The notes beneath the pieces are model-generated. The model was not told where the DNA came from and did no database searches. It saw only the letters and a program-made list of their open reading frames with translations. DNA of 64,000 bases, taken from positions 35,030,001-35,094,000 of the forward strand of contig OX597818.1 in assembly GCA_951406725.2 (NCBI GenBank), given 5' to 3'. The translations under genes and the position numbers were made by a program. The stretch comes from Octopus vulgaris (lineage: Eukaryota). This document shows positions 23,654 through 36,200 of the stretch, one piece after another. Each line of letters opens with the position of its first letter. The first letter of the stretch is position 1.

Positions 23654-25400
23654 AAGGAATTTCATTGGAGAGCTTGTGATGTATAGGTTTCCAGGTGTGT
23701 GTGTGTGTGTGTCTGTCTGTCTGTGTGCGTGCATCTGTGTCTGTGTGTGCATGTGTGTATGTGTGTATGATTGGGTGGGCATGGTTTTCCTAGTGTGTGT
23801 ATTATCTTGTTTGGTTTTTGGATCATTTTCTGAAAATAAATTTATTCTGGCATCTGCAACATGACATGATTTCATTTCTCTAGTTTAGATGTGTGCATGT
23901 GTTTGGGGTGATTATGTAGCATTTTATAGTGCATAGGAGACATAATTTGTTCAGCCCCAACAACTGGTTTTGTGTGCCTTTGACAGAACCCACCCTATTA
24001 CAACCATTTGGGTCACGTTTCTTTGTCTTTTCTAGTCCCAGAGACCCTGTAAAAGGATCATAGATACCGATTTTGTTTGAATAAACTGTAAAATAAAGAT
24101 ACTGTCATTTATTTGTTTTTTACTATATAAATTTGTTTGCCTGTCTTTACATCTGCTTCTTTTTCTATGTTAGCATGGGTTAGATGACTATATTACCAAG
24201 GCATTGTTTTACAGCTAGGCACTTTCCCTGTCATTATATCTTACCTGTTTTTCAAATAAAGAATCTCTTATTTCACATAGCTTTAAAAATGCAAAGCCAG
24301 TGAACAATTTGTTGACAGGAGTCAACAAATTTATTGAAGCACAGGAGTGGCTGTGTGGTAAGTAGCTTGCTTACCAACCACATGGTTCCAGGTTCAGTCC
24401 CACTGCGTGGCACCTTGGGCAAGTGTCTTCTACTATAGCCTCGGGCCAACTAAAGCCTTGTGAGTGGAACTGGTAAACGGAAACTGAAAGAAGCCTGTCG
24501 TATATATGTATATATGCATATGTCTGTGTGTCTGTGTTTGTCTCCCCAACATCACTTGACAACTGATGCTGGTGTGTTTGCGTCCTCGTAACTTAGCGGT
24601 TTGGCAAAAGAGACCGATAGAATAAGTACAAGGCTTACAAAGAATAAGTCCTGGGGTTGATTTGCTCAGCTAAATGCGATGCTCCAGCATGACCACAGTC
24701 AAATAACTGAAACAAGTAAAAGAGTAAAAGACAGGATAGATGTTAACATCACAACTTGGCTTGTAACTCACAATATCCAGAGAAGTGCAATAAACAAATT
24801 CATACACAAATGCACACCATACCCCTCTCCTCACATACATGCAGGCATATGTATATATATGTAAATGCATACATATGTACACACACACACACATGCACGC
24901 ACACACACACACAAAATTAATACAAGATGGAATGAACAGGTTTTAATCCAAGAAATTACAATTATTTCTGTGCATTAGTATCAGCTGGTAATTGCTTACT
25001 GTTTCACATAAAGACACCCGTCAGTTATGAATGACCATGGGATTGCACCTAGAAAGTTACACTCTAAGACACAACTCTGGGCAAGTTTGTTTATGGAAGA
25101 CCAGCAGTCACCCACCCATGCATACCAGCGTCCCCTCTCCATGCCACCGATGTTATCCAAGAGCAAGGTAAAGGTCAATACAGCTTGGCACCAGTGACAT
25201 CGCAACTCACTTCAACAGCTGAGTGATCTGGAGCAACGTGAAATAAAGAATCGAACTCACTACCTCATGATTGCGAACCTGACACTCTAAGCACTAAGCC
25301 ATGCAAACATAATTACAGTGATATTATCCAACAATAGCTTTGCAAATGCACGTCTTCAGGTGAGTGGGTTGGAGAGCACATTACATATATATATATATAT

Positions 25401-25554
25401 ATAAATTAGAAAAAAACCACCTTTTATCAATTCAATAATGAAAAATTAAATTATACCATTTAGAAAAATTACATCTTATAGAAAGATTAAATATAAGATA
25501 AAACATATAATTTAATTTTTCATTATTGAATTGATAAAAGGTGTTTTTTTTCTA

Positions 25555-25560
<6 letters not shown>
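25401..25560. repeat. Fold-back inverted repeat (~55-bp arms) between TA tracts
   Basis: 25401-25455 is the near-perfect reverse complement of 25506-25560. Confidence 0.85.
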
Positions 25561-25597
<37 letters not shown>

Positions 25598-25599
25598 TT

Positions 25600-25883
25600 C
25601 AATTGCAGCGTGGAAGATGTTTATAAGCCATTTAAGAAACACACAAAAGCCGTTCAATTCACTTCAACATATAAGTTTAATTTGTCAAAATATTTTCGTC
25701 GCTAAAATCCGCGACCTGTTCACTGACAAAAATCCGTGCTGCATCCGAGATGCAGCACGGATTTTCGTCGAACGGCTTTTGTGTGTTTCTTAAATGGCTT
25801 ATAAACACCTTCCATGCTGCAATTGTTTTCGTTTCAGCACACGATCTCAGATCAAATTACTTGCTATGCGAGTACATCTCCGT
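25600..25883. mobile_element. Penelope-like terminus in inverted configuration
   Basis: Arms 25600-25655/25770-25825; perfect 17-bp stem 25729-25765; hammerhead-like fold. Confidence 0.6.
25682..25729 (-). ncRNA. Candidate minimal type I hammerhead ribozyme with G3:C8 core
   Basis: UUGUCA-GUGAACA-G-GUCGC-GGAUUUUA-GCGAC-GAAA-AUAU-UU-UGACAA. Confidence 0.55.
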
Positions 25884-26198
25884 AATATATAAATTATAAA
25901 TATATAATATTATATTTATTATATTTTGTGAAATTTGATTTAGTATTTCTAAACTGAATTTTTCCCTGTAAGTTTGGAATAATATTCCCTCTTATTATTA
26001 TGAATATATATATATATATATATATATATAATTCTTTTTGGAATAGTGGATCTTGAAGCACACAAAGCTACTAATAATAGCATGCAAATATTGGGTTGTA
26101 AAACCCTTCTAGCTAGAAAAAGTCAAAGACTAGCTATAAAAACTTAAAGACTCCCCTTTGTATGTATGTATGTATGTATGTATGTATGTATGTATGTA

Positions 26199-26283
<85 letters not shown>

Positions 26284-29156
26284 GATGGCCTTCTTTCAGT
26301 TTCTTATTTGTTTACTGCCCACGTTGCGAAATACCTATTTCTTTATTGCCCACAAGGGGCTACACAGAGGGGACAAACAAGGACAGACAAATGGATTAAG
26401 TTGGTTATATCAACTCCAGTGTGTAACTGGTATTTATTTAATCAACCCCAAAAGGATGAAAGGCAAAGTCGACCGCAGCGGAGTTTGAACTTGGAACATA
26501 GCATCAGACGAAATACTGCTGACCATTTCGCCCGGCGTGCCAATGTTTCTGCCAGCTTGCTGCCTCCTTTCAGTTTCTGTTTACCAAATTCACTCACAAG
26601 GCTTTGGTTTGCATAGGCTTAAACTAAAAGACACCTGTCCTGGTGCTGTGTAGGGTTAGACTGAACCAGATGGTTAAAAAGAGAAACTTCTAAACCACGT
26701 GGCCTATTATTTTGAGGAAATTATAAACACATGTACAGATGTTAATAAATTACAAAATAAATAAATAAATATATAATTTCACTTTTGTTTATTAACACAG
26801 TTTAGTAATGACAATAAGGTCATTCTTGTAGCCATAAATGATTCAGTAACTATTTATTGTATTTCATTTCAAAATAATGATGAATGGGGTTATTTGGTTT
26901 TTAAATAATGAAATGATTAATATATGTCGTTACAAAGTCAAAAAATGATCACATATAAAAGATTCTCTCACTGATTGGCAAATCTCAGCTGCTACCAAAA
27001 GTTCACTCATACAACCTGTAGATTATTCTCTGCCTGTGATATATGTTAACTTTTGCTTGTTGCAGTTCTTGGGCTGTGACCATGCTGGAGCACTGCCGTA
27101 AAAGATTTAGTCAAATAAATTGGCCCCAGTACTTACTTTTTAAGTCTGGTTCTTCTATCGGACCCTTTTGCAGAACGAGGGATGTAAAGAAACCAACACC
27201 AGTTATCATTTTGTTGGTTGGTTGGTTGGGAGAAAACACAAACACAACGCAAGCATATTTACAATGGGCTTCTACACAGTTTCCATCTATCAAATTCACT
27301 CACAAGGTATTGGTTAGCTCCGAGATTCAGTAAAAGACATGTGTACCAAAGTGCTGTGCAGTGGGACTGAACCTGAAAATATGTGGTTACTGTGTGAGCT
27401 TCTTAACTGTTCTACTTTTCTGAACTAGCAAGCTGTACACCTCAACACAGATCTATTAAGCACATAATTTCTCTTTCCTTCAGTCTGAGGGAACCTCTAC
27501 ATGGTTGCTCTATATATTAGAAATAGCAGCCAAATCTCCCACAAATGACACATAGTTTCCATGGAAAAATGTGTATTAGATAATATTGTCTTGGATTCTT
27601 CATCATCAGCATCATCATCGTTTAACATCCGTTCTCCATGCTAGCATGGGTTGGATGGTTCGACCGAGGTCTGGGAAGCCAGTAGGCTGTACCAGGCTCT
27701 AGTCTGATCTGGCAGTGTTTATACAGTTGGATGCCCTTCCTAACACCAACCACTCCGTGAGTGTAGTGGGTGCTTTTTATGGACCAGGGGAGGCTGGCAA
27801 TGGCCACAATCGGTTGGTGCTTTTTATGTGCCACCGGCACCGAAGCTAGTCAAGGCGGCACTGGCATCGGCCACATTCAAATAGTGCTTTTTACGTGTCA
27901 CCTGCATGGGTATCACAACTGCAATTTCCATTTGATTTTTATTTTGATGTTGATGTACTTGACTCAATAGGTCCCCTCAAGCACAGCAGGTCGCCCTATG
28001 TATAGAAAACAAGATGGGATGGTCACGGCTGAAATGCCTTTAATCATAGGTGTTCTTGATAAGGGCTGATGTGAGGCTAAACAACAGTAACAACACCTCT
28101 ACATTTACACTCTTCTTTCTCTTTTACCTATTCCTTCTAACCCTTCAACTGTTACCCTTCTTTCTTCTTTGTTCCCCTCCTTGGTCATCTGAGCAAAAGT
28201 ACACATCTTTGGTCAATGAGTACTTTATACTCATATGCTTTTGCTCCTTTTGCCCCTTTTGCCTGCACATTTGGTTTTTTTGCTGTCATCACTCTCTCTC
28301 TCTCTCTCTTTCCTCTGGGCAGAGAACGTATAGTGCTGTCCTTCTGAGAACTTACTAACCTCTCTGATACTGGTACCATAAGAAAATGCACCCAATGCAG
28401 TAAAGTAGTTGGTGATAGGAAGACCATGCAACCATGTAAACTAAACCAGATAACATATAGAAACACCAGTCTATGAAAGCAGTAGCTCTCAATAAGAAAT
28501 GACTCAGACTGCAACCGCCTGTCCAACCCATACCCACATGGAAAGCAGACATAAAATATTGGTGGTAACGACGACGACGACGATGATGATGATGATGATA
28601 ATGATGACGGTGTTGATGATGAGGATGAGGAAGATGTAATAATATACTGTAATAAAAAAATTTATTGTAATAAACATCTACATATTTTTGTGACAATAAA
28701 AATGTTTGATATTTAAACAATGTATATATATATATATCAAGGCAGCGCTGGCATCGGCCATGTTTGGATGGTGCTTTTTACGTGCCACCGGCACAGAAGC
28801 CAGTCGTGGCCGATGCCAGCGCTGCCTTGACTGGCTTCTGTGCTAGTGGCATGTAAAAAGCATCATCCGAATGTGGCTGATGCCAGTGCCGCCTTGACTG
28901 GCTTCTGTGTCGGTGGCACGTAAAAAGCACCAACCGATCGTGGCCGCTGCCAGCCTCCCCTGGCACCTGTGCCAGTGGCACGTAAAAAGCACCCACTACA
29001 CTCACGGAGTGGTTGGCGTTAGGAAGGGCATCCAGCTGTAGAAACACTGCCAGATTAGACTGGAGCCTGGTACAGCCTCCTGGCTTCCCAGACCCCGGTT
29101 GAACCGTCCAACCCTTGCTAGCATGGAAAATGGACGTTAAACGATGATGATGATGA

Positions 29157-29281
<125 letters not shown>

Positions 29282-30414
29282 ATATTGCTGTAACACTCTA
29301 GATGTGTATTTAATTTTGAGAATTGTCACTAAATTCAGCACAAAACACCAATTTTGTGGAATGGACATAGTTCACAATATCAACTCTAATACTTGACTGG
29401 CTTTGTATTTTAATAATCCTTAGAGGATGAATGGCATATTCAACCCTGCCATCCACCAGTAAAATTCTTGTTATAATAAATCCATAATAAAAGTCATCTA
29501 CTTGTGTTGTAAAAATAGACATTAAATGAATGAACAAATACATACATACATATATACATACATATGCCAATTTAATGTATCTTAAAGCATGAAACTACTA
29601 ATAGCTCTTTTGTAATTGTATAGGTTAAATTATATTTATCTCACACTGCATGGAGTACTTTTTTTGTTGATCCTACCTATAAAGAAACTGTAAACTATAC
29701 ATGCACACACATTTAAACAAACAATTTCATCTGTTACAACAAAATAGCATTAATTTGTACACAGGTAAATAATATAGTAATTTCTTTTGTATTTTCTTTA
29801 TGACTTGGCAAATAAAAATTTTAAAAATGCATAGTTCTGAGGAGTGGAGGCATGTGGCTTAGTGTGTTAAACTCATGATCAGAAAGTTGTGGTTTTGATT
29901 CCTGGATCGGGTGATGTGTTGTGTTCTTGAGCAAAACACTTCATTTCACATTGCTCCAGTCCACTCAGCTGGCAAAAATGAGTAATCCTGCAATGGACTG
30001 GCGTCCCATCCAGATGGGGAATTTCTACACCACTGAAACCAGGGAAACCGGCTCTTATAAGCCTGGTATGGCTCGAGAAGGAACATTTATTTATTTATAT
30101 ATATTTCTGGGGAAAGAAATCAAGATATGATTTTAATATTCTGACTGCTAATGTCATTTTAGATATAAAAGGTTTTTCAATATATTTGCATCTAAACTAC
30201 ATTTTAATCCCTTTTGATCTCTAACAATCATCTTCATATGTATGTATGTGTATGTATATATATGTATGTATGTGCATACATATACATTTATACATAAATA
30301 CATATATATGTGTGTGTGTGTAGAGGTATATATATATATATATACACACACACACAGACACATATCTACACAGACATGCAGGAAGTAAAAAGACACCTTT
30401 AATTTTCAAAATCT

Positions 30415-30786
30415 TTTATTTGATATTAATTGGTTGAAGGAAAGGTTTTCTTCTAGCTGCTCGTCCATAATACCCAAGCTTATGCAGATATGTAACACTT
30501 GTTCTTGGACTAACTTCTGGCTGTTTTGCAATGTCAGAAGCCTTCGTTTTCCACGATTCTCTTCAAACAGTGAAGCTTCCTTTCCGAGGGCCCAGGTCGA
30601 CCAGGACGAGAATCTGATGATTCTTTTCCTTGGCTTTTGAATTGCACTACAATTCTATTAACCGTAGCAAGAGGAATTTGAAGATTTTCAGCAATTTTTC
30701 GCTGGCTAAGACCAGCCTCAGATTGCCCAACAGTACGACCTCTTTGAAAATCTGACAGTCCTGCTGAATTTTTTCGTGCATGGCAT
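30415..30786 (-). pseudogene. Tc1-like transposase N-terminal fragment
   Basis: Minus-strand peptides [34 protein letters not shown] (HTH), SRPGRP, VSPRT..LHKLGYYGRAARRKPFL, with frameshifts. Confidence 0.8.
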
Positions 30787-31558
30787 GATTACTCTTCACA
30801 AATGTTTAGTATAATGGTACCTGGAATGAAAAAGAATAATTACATCGTAAATTCTACATTGCTGAAAACATATTAAGACATTTAGATCAGAAATTTTGAA
30901 AATTAAAGGTGTCTATTTATTTCCTGCATGTCTGTGTATGTACCATATAGGTGTAGGTATAACTGTATGTCTAAGAAGTTCATTTCTCAACCATGTGGTT
31001 TCAAATTCAGTTGTGTTGTGTGCCACCTTGGGCTTGGGCAACAGTTTTCTACTATAATCCTGAGCTGACAAAGTCTTGTGAATGGATTTGGGAGAGAGAA
31101 ACTGAAAGAAGCCTATTGCACGTGCATGCACTCACACACACACGTGCACATATATATGTGTGTGTGTGTGTATTTGTGCTTGAATTTGCAGATATCTAAA
31201 TATCATTGAGCTATGTTTGATGAGATCACTGCCTTTTAATCCTGTCAGCAAATTATTCCCTAGCTTTGTGTCTTTGAATACGTGTAGAATAAGGGAGCCT
31301 TTACTTGTAAAATGAATAAGGATTAGAGACAGGAAGAGCAGCTAGCTGTAAAACAATATCTCAAACATAGGAATTAACCTAAGCTTAAATAATAAACTGT
31401 GATAGGTGAACTGTGATATGGCGAGGAATTATTGTATATACCTACATACACATATATATATGTTTGTATGCATATATAAATGTATATGTATGCAATTTAT
31501 TGGACATCTGCCATGGATACAGATAGATAGACAAGGCATCAAGAATATCTTATGTTTC

Positions 31559-31634
<76 letters not shown>

Positions 31635-31799
31635 GTAGATGACACAGACCTCATAGCAACTCAGGGTTAGATCTATAAACATTAAATAGTATTGTGAATT
31701 CTGAAAGAGAAAAGATGAGTCAAGATTCTAACATTAAAACAAAAACAGAAAAAAACACTTTCAAAGGAAATACCACTAATTTGCAATATAAGATATAAG

Positions 31800-32050
31800 A
31801 ATTAATGAAATAACCTTGAAATTTGTTGATATTTGGGAACCATCATAACATCAGATGGGAAAAACATCAAAGAAGTTAAATTAAGGATTAGAAGATCCAA
31901 GGCTGCTTATGATAAGATCAAACACATATTGTTGAGTATATGGCTATGAAAAGGAGTGAGGAAAGCACCTATTCTTACATATCATTGTATGAGCTGAAAC
32001 ATACATTCTTACATATCATTGTATGAGCTGAATATTTATAAAGAAAACAT
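31800..32050 (+). pseudogene. RTE-type RT C-terminal remnant
   Basis: YLGTIITSDGKNIKEVKLRIRRSKAAYDKIKHIL. Confidence 0.6.
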
Positions 32051-32065
32051 ATAGATTGATATTAA

Positions 32066-32296
32066 CCCTTTCATTACCAACCTGGCTGAAACAGGCTCTG
32101 GCTCTGGATACAAATGCCTTGTTTTCATAAGTTTTCATAAGTTTTGAATTAAAATCTTCCACCAAACCTTAGTCACAATTTATGTTCCTAACACTAGCTT
32201 AATGACAAATAAGTTATTTTACTAAATTCTTTGTTATATTTAAAATAATTGAAAGAAACACAGAGCATCTCAACAAAAATATTGTTAACAAAAGGG
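32066..32296. mobile_element. piggyBac-type MITE
   Basis: TTAA|CCCTTT ... AAAGGG|TTAA. Confidence 0.8.
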
Positions 32297-32545
32297 TTAA
32301 GTCATGTTGAAAAACAGGCTATGGATGCACTCTTCTTATCAGAAAATTGCTGTAGGTGTCCCACATTCTTTTTTTCCCAAGTAAGTAATTATCTGCCCCA
32401 TTTGATAACATGGAAAAGCTTTTTAAATATTGCTATAAAAGAAAAAGGTTGCTGAATTCTTTTCTGGCCATTTTTTATAGCAAATCTACATTTCTTTTAA
32501 TTAATTTTGAAAATAATGAAGAATTTAGTAAAAAATAACTTTGTC

Positions 32546-32761
32546 ATGTGGTATTTGAAACAAAAATTATTAATGTGGTATTTGAAACAAAAATTATTAA
32601 TGTGGTATTTGAAACAAAAATTATTAATGTGGTATTTGAAACAAAAATTATTAATGTGGTATTTGAAACAAAAAATATTAATGTGGTATTTGAAGCAAAA
32701 ATTATTAATGTGGTATTTGAAACATAAATTATTAATGTGGTATTTGAAACAGAAACTAACA
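32546..32761 (+). repeat. Minisatellite, 8 x 27 bp (ATGTGGTATTTGAAACAAAAATTATTA)
   Basis: Direct reading; translates as MWYLKQKLL repeats. Confidence 0.95.
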
Positions 32762-33054
32762 TGGAATTTCATTAAAAGGCATAGAAATAAGTTAAGATGC
32801 TTGTTTTGTAGCCATGTGGTTTTGGATTCAGTCCCACTGCATGGATCCTTGGGCCAGTATCTTCTGCTACAGACTCAGAGTGAACAATGCCTTGTGAGTA
32901 AATTTGGTAGATGGAAACTGTGTAGAAGCATCTTGTGCACACACACACACACACACACACACATGCATGCACACATGCATGCATACACACACACAGATAC
33001 ACACACACACGCACACACACACACACACATACACATACACATGCACGCACACAT

Positions 33055-33107
<53 letters not shown>

Positions 33108-34363
33108 TTAGGTTGAGTAAAAAATAAGCAACTATTTGAACCATGAAGAATTTGTACTGAATTTTTGCAGAGTTTTGAATATTTTTGAAATATTTTTTAT
33201 ACAATTGTCTGATAATACAGACACAGACTTGCCCAAATGCATCAATAAATTAACATTGATATTTTTTCCACTGCTGTTACAATCATCTGAAATGGAACTG
33301 TCAAAGCACGATATTCAAGCAATTTTGCTATTCAACTTCAAAGGAGGACGTAAAGCAGCTGAAACTGCTTGCAATATCATTGAAACATTTGGTGAGAAAA
33401 TGACCAGTAAGTGGTCAGCTCAAAAATGGTTTAAACAATTTCGCAGTGGAGACCTGAGCATGGGCATAGTGGACACCCATCTGTCATCAATAATGGTCAA
33501 TTAAAGACCTTCATTGAAAAATATCCATTTAAATTAAAACCACTTGAAAATTGACAAAAGAACTTCAAGTTAGCCAGAAAACTGCCTGCAACCATTTGCA
33601 TATGATCAGAAAATCAAAAAAAGCTCGATAAATGGGTACCACATGATTTGAATGAAAATCAGAAAATGCACAGATACGAAATTTGCTTGTTGCTTCTTCT
33701 CTGTAACCAGACCAATCCCTTTCTCAACCATATTGTATGTTGTAATGTAAAGTGGATTTTGTACAATAATAAAAAACGTTTTTCACTGTGGTTGGACCAA
33801 AATAAAGGGCCGTAAACCTTCCCTAAACCTGAACTCTTCAAATAGAATGTTATGGTGACTGCTTGGTGCTGTACTGCTGGACTCATCCCTTATAACTTCT
33901 TAAAACCCGGAAAAAATATTACTGCAGAAACATATTGCCACGAAATGGCCAAAATGAAGGAAAAACTGCTACTTGTCCATCCCCGAGACTGGTCAACAAA
34001 AGAGGGCCAATCATTCACTAATGACACTCCAGAAGTTGAGTGAACTTGGTTATAAAGTTCTTTTCTACCCAGTTTATTCCCCAGACCTTTCTCCCACCGA
34101 CTACCACTTTTTCAAGCACCTTGATAGTTCCCTGCAAGAGAAAGAGTTCGAAAATCAAACTGATGCTGAAAGTGTGTTCAAAGAGTTCATGAGCTGCAAA
34201 ACTCCAGATTTTTATGTTACCGGAATAAACAAACTTGTAACTAGTTGACAAAAATGTATTGATTATAATGGCATTTACTTTGAGGAATAAAATTTCAGCA
34301 TTGTTGAAATACATTGTATTGAATTTCATGTTTCAAAACACTGTTTACTTTTCATCAGCCTGA
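33108..34363 (+). mobile_element. Near full-length decayed mariner element
   Basis: Degenerate TIRs TTAGGTTGAGTAAAAAATAAGC / GTTTACTTTTCATCAGCCTGATA; HTH (KAAETA..WFKQFRSGD), WVPHDL, YSPDLSPTDYHFF; many stops and frameshifts. Confidence 0.9.
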
Positions 34364-34487
34364 TATATATATGTGTGTGTGTGTGTGTGTATTTATATTT
34401 GTGTATGTGTGTGTGTATGTATATATATGTGTGTATATATATATATATAAAGCCTTTTCTTTTTTTATTTACAATGTGCATTTTCGT

Positions 34488-34738
34488 TGATTTTTCTTAT
34501 TTTCCCCTTACATTTCCACGTGTATTTTATATTTTCTTTTTATAACATATTTCTACTATATATATAGAATAAATGGCGGTGCCCCAGCATGGCCACAGCT
34601 CGTGAGCTGAAACTAGATAAAATGATAAAATGACATATATATATATATATATTATTCTATATATGTTATATAGAAATATGTTATAAAAAGAAAATATAAA
34701 ATACACGTGGAAATGTAAGGGGAAAATAAGAAAAATCA
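34488..34738. repeat. Inverted repeat with 68-bp arms enclosing a retroposon-type 3' tail
   Basis: 34488-34555 vs 34671-34738; related single copy at ~38250-38370. Confidence 0.85.
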
Positions 34739-35589
34739 TGTTGTGTATATATGTCTTCCATGGTCTTCGAGCAGTTGTGGTACCATGATTTGGCATGTGG
34801 CATCATGATTTAAGCCGGTGAGCTGGCAGAATCGTTAGCACGCTGGGCGAAATGCTTAGCGGTATTTCATCTGCCACTATGTTCTGAGTTTGAATTCCGC
34901 CAAGGTTGACTTTGCCTTTCATCCTTTCGGGGTCGATTAAATAAGTACCAGTTACACACTGGGGTCGATGTAATCGACTTAATCCGTTTGTCTGTCCTTG
35001 TTTGTCCCCTCTGTGTTTAGCCCCTTGTGGGTAGTAAACAAACAGGCACCATATATATACATACATATATACATACATACATACATATATGTGTGTGCAC
35101 ATCTTTGTGCTTGTGTCTATCCCCCACCATCATCACCATCACATGACTGTTGGTGTTGGTTTGTTTACATCCTCATAACATAGCAATTTGGTAAAAGCAA
35201 CCGGCAGAATAAGTGCCAGAATAAAAAAAAATGGAAAAATTAATTGGGATTGATTTATTTGATTACAATCTTCAATGTGGTACCCCATTACAGAGTAGTT
35301 CAATGATTAAAACTAATAAAAGATAAAAGATTAAAGATTAAAGATTTAGAATACATTAAAAGAAAACAAGATTGTTTCATAGAACTAAAAGCAATTTCAA
35401 GAAGTTTCATATTAAAAAACAGTCATTTTTATGAGCTCTAAGAATAAACCTTGAGTTAACGATTTATTAATTATATTAACCTCTTATCTTACACAATTTT
35501 TTCCAATTTCGATGCAAAAAAGTATATTTTTTTCATTATTGAATTTGAATCTGTATATAAGGCATGAAGGTGTCGGTATCAATTAATGA

Positions 35590-36200
35590 TTGGGAAAAGG
35601 AGGTGTAAGGCGCTCCTTCCTTCCGATAGTCTGCAGGTTACCCTTGAGCAAGGGTGACATTGAAGACATTTGCAGCATGGCATTGGATGGCCAACAGGGT
35701 AGAAGAGTCACATGTAGACCAACGGTTTGAAGACCACTGCTGCTATGCAGATGATCCATACTTGGACAGTGGTAGATGCTCACTAGGTTAAGTGCCACTG
35801 TGCAGGGGAAGGTAATGACAACCCACCCCATATATTCTGCCTTCTATAGATCATGCAATGTCTTCTAACAAGAAAAGGAATAACAATGTGAAGGATACCA
35901 GAAATGGGATTTCGTTCGGTAGGGACTATCATTTGCTGCGGGAGCTACCCAATTGTTATCATGCTACTGCAGCAGAAACAACATCAGTCTCAACATGGAA
36001 TGTCAGGACAATGTATCAGAGTGGAAAAATGGATAATATTTTGAAGGAGATGAGATGGTTGTCCCTTAACATTGTGAGTGTTTGTGAAGTGAAATGGCCT
36101 GGCACAGGGAAAGTTGTCTCAAATGGGGTCATGTTTCTTTATTCAGGTGGAACAAGCAACAAACATGAGCATGGAGTTGAGTTGGAATGTTTCTAGATCA
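35590..36200 (+). pseudogene. RTE-clade LINE 5' part with APE endonuclease N-terminus
   Basis: STWNVRTM..GK..EM..L.I....EVKWPGTG..FLYSGG..HEHGV. Confidence 0.8.

Noticed and set aside
32546-32761. CRISPR array or repeat protein (MWYLKQKLL)n
   Set aside because: Contiguous tandem units with no spacers, no cas genes, eukaryotic context
33108-34363. SETMAR-like domesticated gene
   Set aside because: No SET domain; TIR-bounded mariner with multiple stops and frameshifts
35858-36196. Host endonuclease or CFDP2-like gene
   Set aside because: Truncated APE domain of an RTE LINE
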